From NCBI GenBank assembly GCA_032718475.1, contig JAUCBJ010008787.1, forward strand, positions 34,030-98,029: a DNA stretch of 64,000 bases, read 5' to 3'. A program made the translations under genes and the position numbers. The notes under the pieces are model-generated. The model saw only the letters and a program-made list of their open reading frames with translations. It was not told the origin of the DNA and ran no database searches. The DNA comes from Nemertoderma westbladi. Lineage: Eukaryota > Animalia > Xenacoelomorpha. The stretch's first letter is position 1. Each line of letters starts with the position of its first letter. Positions 1-11,835 of the stretch are shown here, one piece after another.

Positions 1-803
1 CCGACCCAGGTTTACCAACTTAGCTTTGTTGCTGTTCCCCCCAAGTAACTCACGGAATTTACCCTCAGTTGGGGTGTTTAAATAACGCACACTGAAATAT
101 TTCTCGCGAATTTCAGTAAAACTATCACACACCAGTAGGAAATGAAATTCATCTTCAATGGCGTTGATATTGCACAATGGACAAATTCTTGATTCCCTGG
201 GTATCCTGTACCACCTACCCCATTCAATCAGCAGTGCATATGATGAGCATCTAAACCTAAATTAAGAGTCTCATTAAACCAGTGTGACCACGTAGCATCG
301 ATAGATAGTTTTCCAAGCCAAATTTAACTTTCACATAATGTAACCCCTTGGGTGACTGGTCAATCGATCCCCACCACGCCTGTATAAACTGCGCCTGTAA
401 TCTATCTTTCACATTAGAAAGAAACACCATATCATTCCCCACCCCTTGATTATCCCAGGCCCCGCTAAACTCCAGATTATTTATTAAGTCACGCACAGAA
501 GACGCCCAATTCTTACAATTACTACAAGTATTGATATAATTTAGTTGCATCTCATACGCATGCTTAATAAGCCTATTATCATTACACTTTCAAGTTTCAG
601 CCAAAACTTTATAATTCTCAAATGCCTATCCAATATAAGCGGAAATACTCCGGATTCCCCATAGACCATAAAATTGGGAGTCGTCAGTTTAACTCTAAGT
701 TGCCGCTTCAAAAATTTTAATTGCACGCGTTCTGTTTCAACCGACGATTGAAAACCCCACACTTCACTACCGTACAATAAAATAGGTTTCACTAATGAAT
801 TAA

Positions 804-1410
804 ACACGTTCGTGGGGACTTCGAGCAGCACGTAGTCGGCAAGCCTTGGCATACGGTTCATATAGAGCAAATGGGGCATGTCTAGTTTGGACCCATATCC
901 CATGCTATAAATGTATTCATTCGATATACAATCATATGTTAATCCGCTAGGTGGTGTCAAATTGTTATTCTGCAATTTCGTACTTACCAGTGCAGCACTG
1001 TACAGCAGTACCGTACCGGTAGGCCTATGTCATTACTTCTGAGTCTCTAGCGGATCCCCAATTAAATGTCGTAACTTTTCAATTTCGTAAAAGATAGACT
1101 TCATGATTCTCTACAGGCCACCAAAATTTCAGCTCAGGAAAATGAGGCCTTCCCGAGAAATTTAACATTTTCTAAAAACCACATAATCTGTCGTAGCTGA
1201 CGTCAGACTGCATGATTTTTCACCAAACTTTACAAACTTTCTAAACTTTCTCTCTACTACTTACCTACTAAGTTTGGTTCAATTCCGAACCAGCGATGCC
1301 GAGAAATTCGCGTTCAAACATTTACCAGACGGACGGACAGACAGACGGACATGCCCCATTTGCCCTATATGAACCGTATGCAAAGGCTCGCCGACTACGT
1401 GTCTCGCCCC
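804..1410 (-). mobile_element. Non-autonomous Helentron-associated (HINE/DINE-1-like) element inserted in the LINE RT
   Basis: Removing it restores AACTGT|TTAAT (no TSD, T|T site). 5' end GGGGCGAG, (GTCY)n microsatellite at ~1326-1352, 3' end CCCCACGAACGTGT with a small hairpin. The same terminal pattern occurs at 59197-60460. Confidence 0.65.
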
Positions 1411-2339
1411 ACAGTTCACAGGCCAACTTAAAGTCGGTTGTAGGAAAATTGACTAAATATTTTAGCAGCGCAAATTGCGCTTTCTTGCCTTTGTCTGCCA
1501 GATATTTCTGTGCAGTTGCAAAGCTACCACCACTAGTAAATATAATTCCTAAATATGTATAGTCGCTAACAACCTTGACCTCGTGGCCGTTAAACATCCA
1601 TTTTTCATGCATTGAAACTTGGCCTCCTTTCCTGAAAATTACTACGTTTGATTTATCGAGGTTAACAGTTAGCGACCAATATGCACAATAATTACTCAAC
1701 ACATCAAACGCATGTTGCAGATCTTCCACTGAGTTAGCTATAAGCACAATATCATCTGCGTAAAGTAATAACAATAGTTTGAGAACACTAATAGAGATAG
1801 ATACCTTGTACACCATTATTATGCAGTTCGGCTACTATATCATTTAAAAATAGATTGAACAACAAGGGACTGAGACATTCGCCTTGCCGTACTCCTAACC
1901 AACAAATAAACTCATTGGAATAAACACCTTCTACCCGAACGCGAGATTTAACTGAGTTGTACATACTTTTGATTACATTTAATACATTCCCCAAAAACCC
2001 CAGCTTTAGTAGCTTAACCCACAATGCACTTCTATCAACGCAATCGAATGCTTTCCTTAGGTCAACAAATGCACAATATATTTTACCTATACCACTAGTT
2101 ACAAAATGATCAATTATAGATTTAAGTATAAATATTTGGTCTACTGTAGCGCGGCCCCAACGAAACCGTGATTGGGATTCAATAACCACTCCAAATCCTT
2201 CGGACCACCATTGTAGTCGGTTATTTAATACCAACGTGAATAGCTTACCAAATGCACTTAATAGAGTAATACCTCTGTAGTTATTTGGGTCTCTCAAATC
2301 GCCCTTCTTCTTAAAAATAGGAGACACTATACCAGTAGA

Positions 2340-4679
2340 TTTATTTAATAATTAATAAATTAGTATCGCTCGAGTTCCTGCAGCTTTTATTCGTTTGTGG
2401 CTGCCTCTGGCTATGTTTGTGGCAGGAATGTTTGAACGCTAATAAGTTGGTCAATCATGGATGAAATGGAACCAAACTTGGTACACATGTAGTCTATAAA
2501 AAATTTAGAAATTCTACACACAGACAAACTTCTACAGTTCCCCGGTCTGCTGCTAGGGGGCGAATTAACAGAAACGTAAAAATAGCTGTAATTATAGAAC
2601 CAACGATCAGATTCATCTGAAATTTAGTAGTAGTTACCTAAGAGCATTGCTTAATTAGAAATTCTACAGAGACTTTTACAGTTCCTGTCTGCCGCTAGTG
2701 GGGAATTGTTAGAGCTCCAGTTCAACGTGCTTAGCACGGTTTAATAAACAATAAATTAATTATTTTATTCAATACAGTAATTATAACAGTAAAATGCAAT
2801 GTAATCTATTTTTTAGTAAAATCAAGAGATAGGAGGGGGGTGGGACTGGACGCAAATCCCATCTTGGCGAATTATTATCCCGTCTCAATATTAATTTCTC
2901 AATTTTGGGAAAGGAGCAGGTTACAGTGGCACGTTATTTTAACCAAAACAATAAAGTAAACACAATAGAACAGGTTACAGTTTTATTTTTGAGAGAAATC
3001 AGCTGTTGTTATTTGCGTCCAATTTCCCCTGGAGAGGGATGAATTTTTATTGCGTCCAGCCCCCCCCCCCCCCCCCCCCCCTATCTTGAAATCAAATACC
3101 AAAAATATATTTATTATATGAACAATCTATTTGGAAATTGTAAGTTCGGCCTATCTCTTTACCATAAGCTCAGTATCTTTATCTGGTGTGTTTTTATTAT
3201 TTTACCAATTATTTAATATGTTTGATAGAATTGAACAACACCGCCCAACACAACCAACTCTATATCCGCCTCGAGCATCGAGAATACGAGAAATTCGATC
3301 GAAATACATGCTTATCCCAGTAGTATCCGTCCGTAGTCACCGGACCGCTGCGGTTTACTCCCGTAGAACAGTAGAATTCCCGCAGCTTCCGAACCAATTC
3401 GACAACGAATTCGCTTCACACTTCAGAGAACAGAGAACGTAATCCAGTGCGATAACGTCTGCCCAACGTTCAACCATTTCCCCCAGCGATCCCAGGATCC
3501 GGGCCGCCGCTAAACCCAGATCGCAATCCTCATCGATTCGTCCAGTCGTCGACGTAAGTCAGTAAGTGGGACTCTTCCAACCGCACTCCAAGGTGGGTGA
3601 CCGGAGTGAGGCATGAGGAACTTGGCAGTGGCCCGCATTACGATCTGACCGACCGCCGTATTCCCAGTGTCTGAGTGTAGTAAATACCCAAATAGAATCG
3701 TACTGACAAACAAGCAATTCCGTAGTATTCCCCCGTTAATCACCTCTTGAAGCAACTCGGCTGCTCGGGTCCAGATACATCGCAGCATCGGACTGTCGGG
3801 AGCGTTTCAGACAGTAATGGAGCGGCATTTGCGAATATTTCCAATGGTTTTATAATAAATAAGGGGTTTCAACAGTTCAATGCTAAAACAAATGGATTAT
3901 TCCTAACCCCACCCCAATACAGCAATATACCTAACAGTATATAGCTTAGGTACCACAGTCTGACAGTACCATAATCAGCACAGTCAGCCTACGCTAATTT
4001 CACAGCAAAGTCCTTGTCATGGCCTGTGTGTAGTAAGCCATGGGTGGTACCTACGGTGCGCACTACAATGGCAGTACAGCAATACGGTGTACCGTGCCAA
4101 TGACTGAATGATTAGCGGTAACTATCTAAACTATTAGGCCTATGTTACAGTATTATTATTACCGGTGCCGGTAGGCCTACTGGGCTAATTACTGAATTAG
4201 GCCTAAACTATAATCGCCGCAAGGGTTGCATGATATGGCATGTCTGCAGTGTATGGTACCGGTTGACCAGTATTGCAGTATTGAATGATTGCAGGATTCT
4301 CGATTCAGGGATTGAGTACAGCCTGACAGTACCGGTACACATGGTACATGCAGAATTGCAAAATTTGTTAGAAACACAGCTGATTTATCCTACAGTAATA
4401 ATAATTTAACGCATTTTAAATTTGGATAAATAAATTTATTATAACTGCAATAACAGTTACACTGATGCTGCACGAGGGCCCCACGCAAATTCTACTTGGA
4501 AAATTTTCAAACTTTTGCCAAACAACATGTGTACCAAGTTGTGATAGATTTCATCAAGGATTGGCCGAGTTATTAACGTTTAAAATAAAATACTGAAAAA
4601 AACGCGACAGAACGACAGAACGACAGGTTGATTAATGGTACCACTACGCTAAGGCTCACTCACTTCGTGGCTCGCCCCA
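2340..4679 (-). mobile_element. Composite insertion in the LINE: HINE-like 5' end at 4679 plus related CCGCTAG-repeat segments and a nested MITE
   Basis: Starts TGGGGCGAGCCACGAAG...GCCTTAGCG like the element at 59197. The LINE frame resumes exactly at 2339. Confidence 0.55.
2822..3089. mobile_element. Small MITE with G/C-tract TIRs; a diverged second copy lies at ~16570-16820
   Basis: AGATAGG..G-run..CTGGACGCAA at the left and TTGCGTCCAG-C-run-CTATCT at the right. The internal AATAGAACAGGTTACAGTTTTATTTTTG is shared with 16713-16740. Confidence 0.6.
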
Positions 4680-6759
4680 CCAGCTATCCGGAAAATAACC
4701 GCACTGTAAAGCTGCGTTAAAAATACTGGTTACGGTCGGAACTAGGGCCTGTGCCCCATCAATGAAAAATTCATTTAGAATACCATCGAATCCAGGTGCC
4801 TTATTCCTACGTAACTTTAAAATGGTGTTGGCCACCTCCTCGATGGGCAGGGCCAATATAATTCTCAAAAATATATCTAGCTTGCTGTTGGTCGTAATCA
4901 TTTGCACCGGGTGGGCTGATTCCCATATCCTGAAAACTAGAGCCAGTGTCATTTAACGCTGTAAAATGTGCTTCAAAAGTTTCAGCACTAACCGGTGATT
5001 TACTGCATTTACTACCGTTAGCACCTTCACAACTGCGCCTTAGCAGCTTCCAAAACTTTTTTGTATCCGCAACTTTGTAGTTGCGTAGCGCATCTGATTT
5101 CTCACAATTATAGTCATATCGCGCTTTGCGCAATGTTTTTTTATATTTACTACGCTTTTGGACCATTATAGCACAGGAAGTAGAATCCTTAGATTCTTTG
5201 AAACACCCTAATGAATGTTTAAATGCATCCCTAGCTAAGGCACAGTTCTCATCGAACCACGGTGCACTAGGCCTACCACTACTGCAACTGTTAGACACAT
5301 TACTAGTATTTGAATCAACTTTAAAATATAAATCGGCTACATCACATAATATGTCCGTAAAATCATTAATGGCTACATCAACTTTACTGCTGGTTAGCGG
5401 CTCCAGACAAGTCACATTGTCTAGGACCTCGTCAAACCTAGATTGTATCTGCTCCGAGCTAAGTATGTCCTTGAAACGGTCCCGCTGCGAAGGACGATAT
5501 TTGTATTTATTGCCGGCGTCACTTGGGAGGCCACCAGCAGTATTGTTAATATTACTGTTATTTTTAACATTGACATTAATATTACTTGCACCGAGACTAA
5601 ACGTTGCTGATACTACACAATGGTGGGATATAATATTGGGGTCATTTATTATAAAATCATAACAACAATTGATAAGGTCAATGTCTCCCAAAAAATATTC
5701 AATTGTTGATTTACGTAAACCGCAACGTCCGCCATCCGCAAAAAATGTACAAGCTCCCACGCCTTTATCAGCGCCTACCCATCCATTGAACACTTTCAGC
5801 GTAGTAGACCAGCATAGAGATATAAGTTTTTCTCCATGCCGATTAACAGTGGTGTCCATGTTATTGCGCAGCCTCATCTCACTGGGTAATACAGAATCAT
5901 CAAAAATATAATCGTCTGGTAAAAGGCTTTCTAAACCAACACATTAGGAATCATTTGCAATGTAATCTTCCAAGGTACCTGTCCTTGCATTGAGGTCACC
6001 AACAATTAAAATACTTGATTGGCTACAGTACAGGGAAATTCCCTCCAGCAACCTATCAAACACACTACCGGTATCATTTAGATTGCTAGTTGATGCATCC
6101 GGTTGGATATATGCAGCACACAAAATTAAATCTTTTCCAAGCTTTGAACCTGGCTTGCCTTCAAATTTTAACCATAAAAGATCTTCAGTAGCAAAATCCG
6201 CTAATTGACTAACTTTTAATCCCAGAGAATCTGATACATATACAGATACTCCCCCGCTATACCTTTTAGCCTTCTTATGTTTATACTTCCTACATACCTC
6301 GAATGGCTTACTAAAATCAGCTATATTTACATTATGAATATTGTCTGGAGATAGCCAGGTCTCCACACAGACAAAAATATCGTGCTCTGAAATAGTTTCG
6401 CAAAATTTAGGATCAGCTACCGCAGTTGTTAACCCTTCCACATTCAAGAGTCCCACCTTCAGTCGTTTATCATTGCGATTCGTCTGAGTGTGTCTCCATT
6501 TTAAATTTTTAAATCCTATCCCGTCTGGTTGGCCGTGTCGGGTAGAAAACCCCCCGACCTGTCTCTGATTTTCCAATCCCCGCTAACGCCCGCCATATCC
6601 CTCTCAATAACAATTACTGGTGTTTGCTGTTGTGAGCCCTGGCTACCCACAGCCGACTCCAAACAACCGTCTAGGTTTGGTCCCGGGTTCAACCCCTCGC
6701 CCGCTGGACGTCTGTTCGCCTGCTGGACGATGGAGGGTTATCCTGATCAATGCATCTAG

Positions 6760-7593
6760 CTAGCTCCGATGATGTCGTTTCGTTCGTCGGTGTCGGTTCA
6801 GGTTGCTGTGCATCAAACTTGGACTGACCTTCTTCCCACGTATTTTTATCCTCAGCTCGCTTCCTGTCCCCCTCTCTTCGTTTCTCCTCACGTAGACATT
6901 GACACGTGCGTCCATTCCCTGTTCCTTGGCCTCACGTGCCAAACGAAATAATATCGAGCGTTGTGCTCTCATCTCGGGCGGATGATCATCCACCATGTGA
7001 ATTTCGGAGCGCTCCAGTTGATGTTTCTCGTCCAAAGCCAAATACTTGTCGGCCATGTTAGTAAATTCGATTTTAATTGGACGTGTGGCTCCTCGCCTAA
7101 AGGCACCCTGCCTAGAAACACGATCGATTGCAAGTCGGTCTTTTATTCTCAACTCCTTTTCTATAAAGTTAGTCGCAACTAACTTTAAGTTCTCGTTTCG
7201 TGATTCCTTTACATTCATCACAATTAAGTTTCGGCGCCCCCATTGCCTCTCGTTCTCAACAACTCGTTTAAGCTGCATCCTATGGTTGTTGTTAACTTTC
7301 ATTTCCAGCATTTTGATGTTACCTTCCATAGCAGACAGACCCTCAGCAATCTTCGGGATCATTAGGATACTATCTAAATGCTCTTGCGATAACACTGCCT
7401 GGGCCTGGTCCAGCGATCGACCACTGCTGCTGACTCTTGTCCTCTTATTATGATGATAATTACCCCTAGGGAACTGGAACTCCCCACTTACTCCCGCTTC
7501 ATGGCGCCTACCTCGCGGGAATCCCCCATCGTCGGTACCAAGGTTTCCTATTTCCATAATTTCCACAAGATCATCCGCTGTATCGTATTCCAT
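6760..7593 (-). pseudogene. LINE ORF1 (coiled coil plus RRM-like domain, L1-ORF1/Transposase_22-like)
   Basis: Coiled-coil stretch followed by GRRNLIVMNVKE...IDRVSR...RPIKIEF...DDHPPEMRAQR, typical of LINE ORF1. Lies directly upstream of the APE ORF. Confidence 0.7.
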
Positions 7594-8099
7594 GAGGCCG
7601 GTGGATTCATCACCCGTGGCATTGTCCCTTAGACAGCTATAACGATTGGAGCCATGTCACCCCTGCAACGAACTCAGTCTGTCACTTGCCCTGTCGTCAC
7701 CCGTAGCAGGCAGCCCACCACCACCGCGAGGCTCAGTGGCTTGCTGCCCAGTAGGATGGTTTGGACGTTCAGGTGTATATGGTTTGGGAACCATCACGAC
7801 TTATTACTGTATTACACTTGTATTTACAGCTAGCTGATTTAATTAACTTTCTCAGTACTCAACGGTCAAATAATCCAACATAAATAACATAAATACATCA
7901 CAGTATATATTACAGTACCTTATAAAAGTGTATATACCGATCGGGATATATTTATATATCCCGATCGGGATAGGGAACCCTACTTTGGGTGGGGTGACTT
8001 GAGACAGTGCTTACAGTAAACTAAAAAAAATGCCACTAGTGAAAATGTTTTTCTCCAAAAAACGGATAGACTGATAGAGGAAGTTTTCTTCTAGGCCTA

Positions 8100-10672
8100 T
8101 CATTACAGCATTATCTCATTACCTTATCGTCACAGTTGACGTCGGTTTTTCAACAAGTGACCATTCATCTGTATTTTTAATCTATGTGGTCCCTATCAGT
8201 TTGTAAATAGTGAACCTGTACAATATTTAGATTATAAGAACGGCGACTATGTAGCATTTTCTTCCTTTTTAGATACTCAAGATTGGCATTGCAATTTTGA
8301 ATCATGTAATACAGTAGATGATTATTGGATTGCTTTTTATAATGTTGTTAACGCTGGTATAACGCGTTTTATTCCATGCAAAGATATTCCTGTTTCTTTT
8401 AGAAAACGTTATCCCGATCACATTAGGCAACTTCAACGAAAAAAGAAATTGAATAGACGTCAATATAAATTGAAAATGGAAAAGGCGGCACACACCACAG
8501 GGTAACCTAGCTTACAATAGGTGTGCGAAGGAAATTTCTAGAACAATATTTAGGAATTTATGTCTGAGAGAAAATAAGATTTTAACCTCAGGCCGTCCAA
8601 ACGCTATTTTTAGCTACATTAGTTCCAAGAGAAATTATAAATCTGGAGTTGCCCCTTTGAATTTCAAAGGTGATGTAATCGTTGACGACGCAATTAAAGC
8701 CAGGATTTTTTCGAAGGTTCTGGCAGAGAATTACTGTAACGATGATGGTAATTGCCCCCCTTTCAGTCGTGCGGTGCCAAATAATACACATATTAGCGAC
8801 ATTACTTTTAATCCCAGTGTAGTACTTAAGATTTTACGAGACCTACCATCAAAGTCTGGCTCAACACCAGATGGCATGCCTAGCTTATTATACCGTAGTT
8901 TGGCTACACAGCTAGCAACGCCTTTGTCTGCTATGTTTGAAATATCTTTCAGTTTACATGTGTTACCTAATATCTGGCTTACAGCAATTGTAGTACCCCT
9001 GTTCAAGAAAGATGACCCGTCCAACCCATACAACTACCGGCCAATTTCTTTGACTTGCATTGCCTGCAAAATAATGGAAACTAGTATTAAAAATGAACTT
9101 TTAAAGTACCTTTCGAATGGCCTAATTTCTAAAAATCAACACGGCTTTCTCAAACGCCGCTCAACTGCAACTCATCTCCTCGAGTGCACGAACGATTGGT
9201 ACAAATTATTAGATAATAAACAGAACATGGATATTATATTATTTATATCGACTCCGAGAAGGCCTTCGATAAGGTGGTACACTCTAAACTTTTACAAAAA
9301 CTGGCCGCGTATGGGATTTCAGGTAATCTATTTGACTGGATAGTCGCCTCTTAGCTAATCGTAGTCAACGTGTTTTAGTTGGATACAAATACTCAGATTA
9401 TGTTGACGTCAAATCAGGAACACCCCAAGGAAGCGTCTTGGGGCCGATTTTGTTCCTAGTTTTTGTAAACGATTTGCCTTCGGAATTTACAAATGTAGGT
9501 TGCAAACTATTTGCTGACGATTTAAAATTATATGGAAACAGTAATAATCCGGCAAACATTCAAAATGCGTTGGATAGATTAGCCAGTTGGAGTAAAACCT
9601 GGCAGCTCAATGTCGCTGCGCACAAATGTCATGTACTTCACCTTGGTACACGCACACCGAGTGAGTACACTCTCAACGGTTCTATTCTAGAACTCAAGGA
9701 GAGTTGTAAGGACCTAGGTATTATCGTTACCAAAAATCTGCGTTTCAGCAAATACTGCAGCCAACAAGTATCCAAGGCGTATAAAATGTGCAATATAATA
9801 TTTAGGTGCTTCCACACTTCTAATGTCAATGTACTTATTACGGCTTATAAGGCGTATGTTCGCCCACTGTTAGAGTATTGTACTGTGGTTTGGTCTCCTC
9901 ACCAAATTTTTAATATAAAATTGGTTGAGCGCGTCCAACGATATTTCACCAGACGATTGTTTTCAATATGTCAGTTAACACACATAGATACTGTAACAGT
10001 TACTCTAATAGATTAATACACTTGAAACTCCAACCATTAGAAGTTAGGCGAATTATTTTTGATATCCGTATGGTTTATAATATTTGTCACAATAACATTG
10101 ACCTTCATTTTAACGATTTTTTCTCGCATGTGCAACGGCAAGGTTTGCGAGGCCATAACAGGAAACTGTTTGCACAGCCTAGCAGGCTAGTCGTTGTCAG
10201 AAATCGTTTTGCCAGCCGTATAGTATCCGTGTGGAATTCCTTGCCCTCAGATGCCGTTAATGCACGTAATTTGTATATTTTTAATTGCCATATACGTCAT
10301 ATTGATTTCAGTCACTTTTGTCATTTTGTTTAAATATGCACACATTATACCCCGCTTCGTATTTTGATTTGATTTTTATATTTTTTTTTATATTTTCTCT
10401 GTTCATAATGACCGACCGTGTTTTACCATTTTATTTTTTTAGTTTGCAACATTTTTACTTAATTCCAATAGAGATACAATCGTAAGTGCGACATTGCCTG
10501 GGTTATCTTCTCCCTCCATACATATAATTGTTTAATTAAAGGTCTGATTTAATTTCATTTTGTGAATATGTATGTCATTAAGATTAATTTTAAATAATTA
10601 ATTATTTTATTTGTCGGTGCAATTATTTGGAGTGCAATTACATTACATTACATTACACTGTTACATTACATT
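8100..10672 (+). mobile_element. 5'-truncated, frameshifted CR1-clade LINE
   Basis: NYRPISLTCIACKIME, QHGF, GTPQGSVLGPILF, LFADDLK, VRPLLEYC, ERVQRYFTR, LRGHNRKL and WNSLP across ORFs 8657-10333. 3' (ATTAC)n tail at ~10637-10672. Confidence 0.9.
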
Positions 10673-10927
10673 AAATCTTCCCTCCATCGCTAATTTACTT
10701 TTCAAGTTATGTACAAAAACATTAAAAAAATGTATCAAGTCACCCCAGTTGCCAAGTTTAAGGTACTAAATTTGCAATTGCCATAGTTCAGTACTGATAG
10801 TAACAATGTGTTGGCAAGCTGTATTTTTCGAGGTGTTTGTTATTATACATTTATTATAGGAAGGGATCAAGAACCTGTGGCCTAGTGGTTGTAGTCTCAG
10901 CTTCCGCCTCGAGGTCCCAGGTTCGAA

Positions 10928-10981
10928 TCCGACACCACGCTGATGAGACCCAGTAAGGTCGAAACGCGTACGTGGTTTGGA
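10928..10981 (+). ncRNA. Minimal type I hammerhead ribozyme (copy 1)
   Basis: ACCACG-CTGATGA-GACC(CAGTAA)GGTC-GAAA-CGCG-TA-CGTGGT: full core, stems I and II, palindromic stem III. Predicted cleavage after A10970. Confidence 0.9.
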
Positions 10982-11338
10982 GAGATATGAGATATTAATT
11001 TCAAGAAAAATTACGCGATTCCTAAATTTGTACACTACCCGGTTAAAAAGTACGCATGTGATGGGATTAGTCCCACAATTGCGCCAATAAAAGATAAGTT
11101 ATTTTCGGTAAAATAAACTTATCATTCGAGGTTAAGACCCCTAGATCCCTTCCTATAATAAATGTATAATAACAAACACCTCGAAAAATACAGCTTGCCA
11201 ACACATTGTTACTATCAATAATAAAAAATCAGGGGCTAATAAAATGGCAGCTGTCTTTGAAATTAATTCTCCATATCTCAAGAACCTGTGGCCTAGTGGT
11301 TGTAGTCTCAGCTTCCGCCTCGAGGTCCCAGGTTCGAA

Positions 11339-11392
11339 TCCGACACCACGCTGATGAGACCCAGTAAGGTCGAAACGCGTACGTGGTTTGGA
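11339..11392 (+). ncRNA. Minimal type I hammerhead ribozyme (copy 2)
   Basis: Identical to copy 1, 411 bp downstream. Predicted cleavage after A11381. Confidence 0.9.
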
Positions 11393-11835
11393 GAGATATG
11401 AGATATTAATTTCAAGAAAAATTACGCGATTCCTAAATTTGTACACTACCCGGTTAAAAAGTACGCATGTGATGGGATTAGTCCCACAATTGCGCCAATA
11501 AAAGATAAGTTATTTTCGGTAAAATAAACTTATCATTCGAGGTTAAGACCCCTAGATCCCTTCCTATAATAGTTCAGTACAGTAGTTCAAGTTCATAATC
11601 GTCAACTTCAGATGTCAGAGCTTGCACATTTCTGATTTCTACTGCTGTAGGCCTACTGCAGTACTGCTGTACTGGCTCTGGCAGAATCAGAAACTGGTAA
11701 GGTAACACTAACACTATCTGACTGTAACTGTATAACTGTATAACCAGATAACAGGGTACAGTAAGGTCAGAAGGTAGGCTAGGCCTAATCAGCCTGACTG
11801 CCTGTCAGCTACCGGAACGGCTGTACGGTAATGGT

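Larger units (their letters stand above)
1..7850 (-). mobile_element. Decayed two-ORF APE-type non-LTR retrotransposon (LINE; RTE-X-like, clade uncertain), interrupted by insertions at 804-1410 and 2340-4679
   Basis: ORF1 at 6760-7593. APE motifs LLNVEGL, CVETWL, SGGVSVY, IVGDLNARTG (5944-6576). RT motifs NYRGITLL, FVDLRKAFD, GVRQGECLSPLLF, LLYADD (1322-2327). C-terminal CCHC finger RICPLCNINAIEDEFHFLLVC at ~125-200. The frame rejoins across both insertions (PDSW|STGIVSP; CEL|FNSLVKP). The 5' boundary is approximate. Confidence 0.9.
10795..11568 (+). mobile_element. tRNA-headed, hammerhead-containing retroposon inserted as a partial tandem dimer with an inverted 5' tail
   Basis: Direct repeat with a 411-bp period (10867 and 11278). 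74-bp inverted segment 10795-10868 vs 11144-11217. Flanking duplication ATAGTTCAGTAC at 10783-10794 and 11569-11580. Box A at 10878 and box B at 10920. Confidence 0.85.

Noticed and set aside
3131-3944. Short ORFs in a more GC-rich patch of the composite insertion
   Set aside because: No recognisable domain or splice structure supports a gene call.
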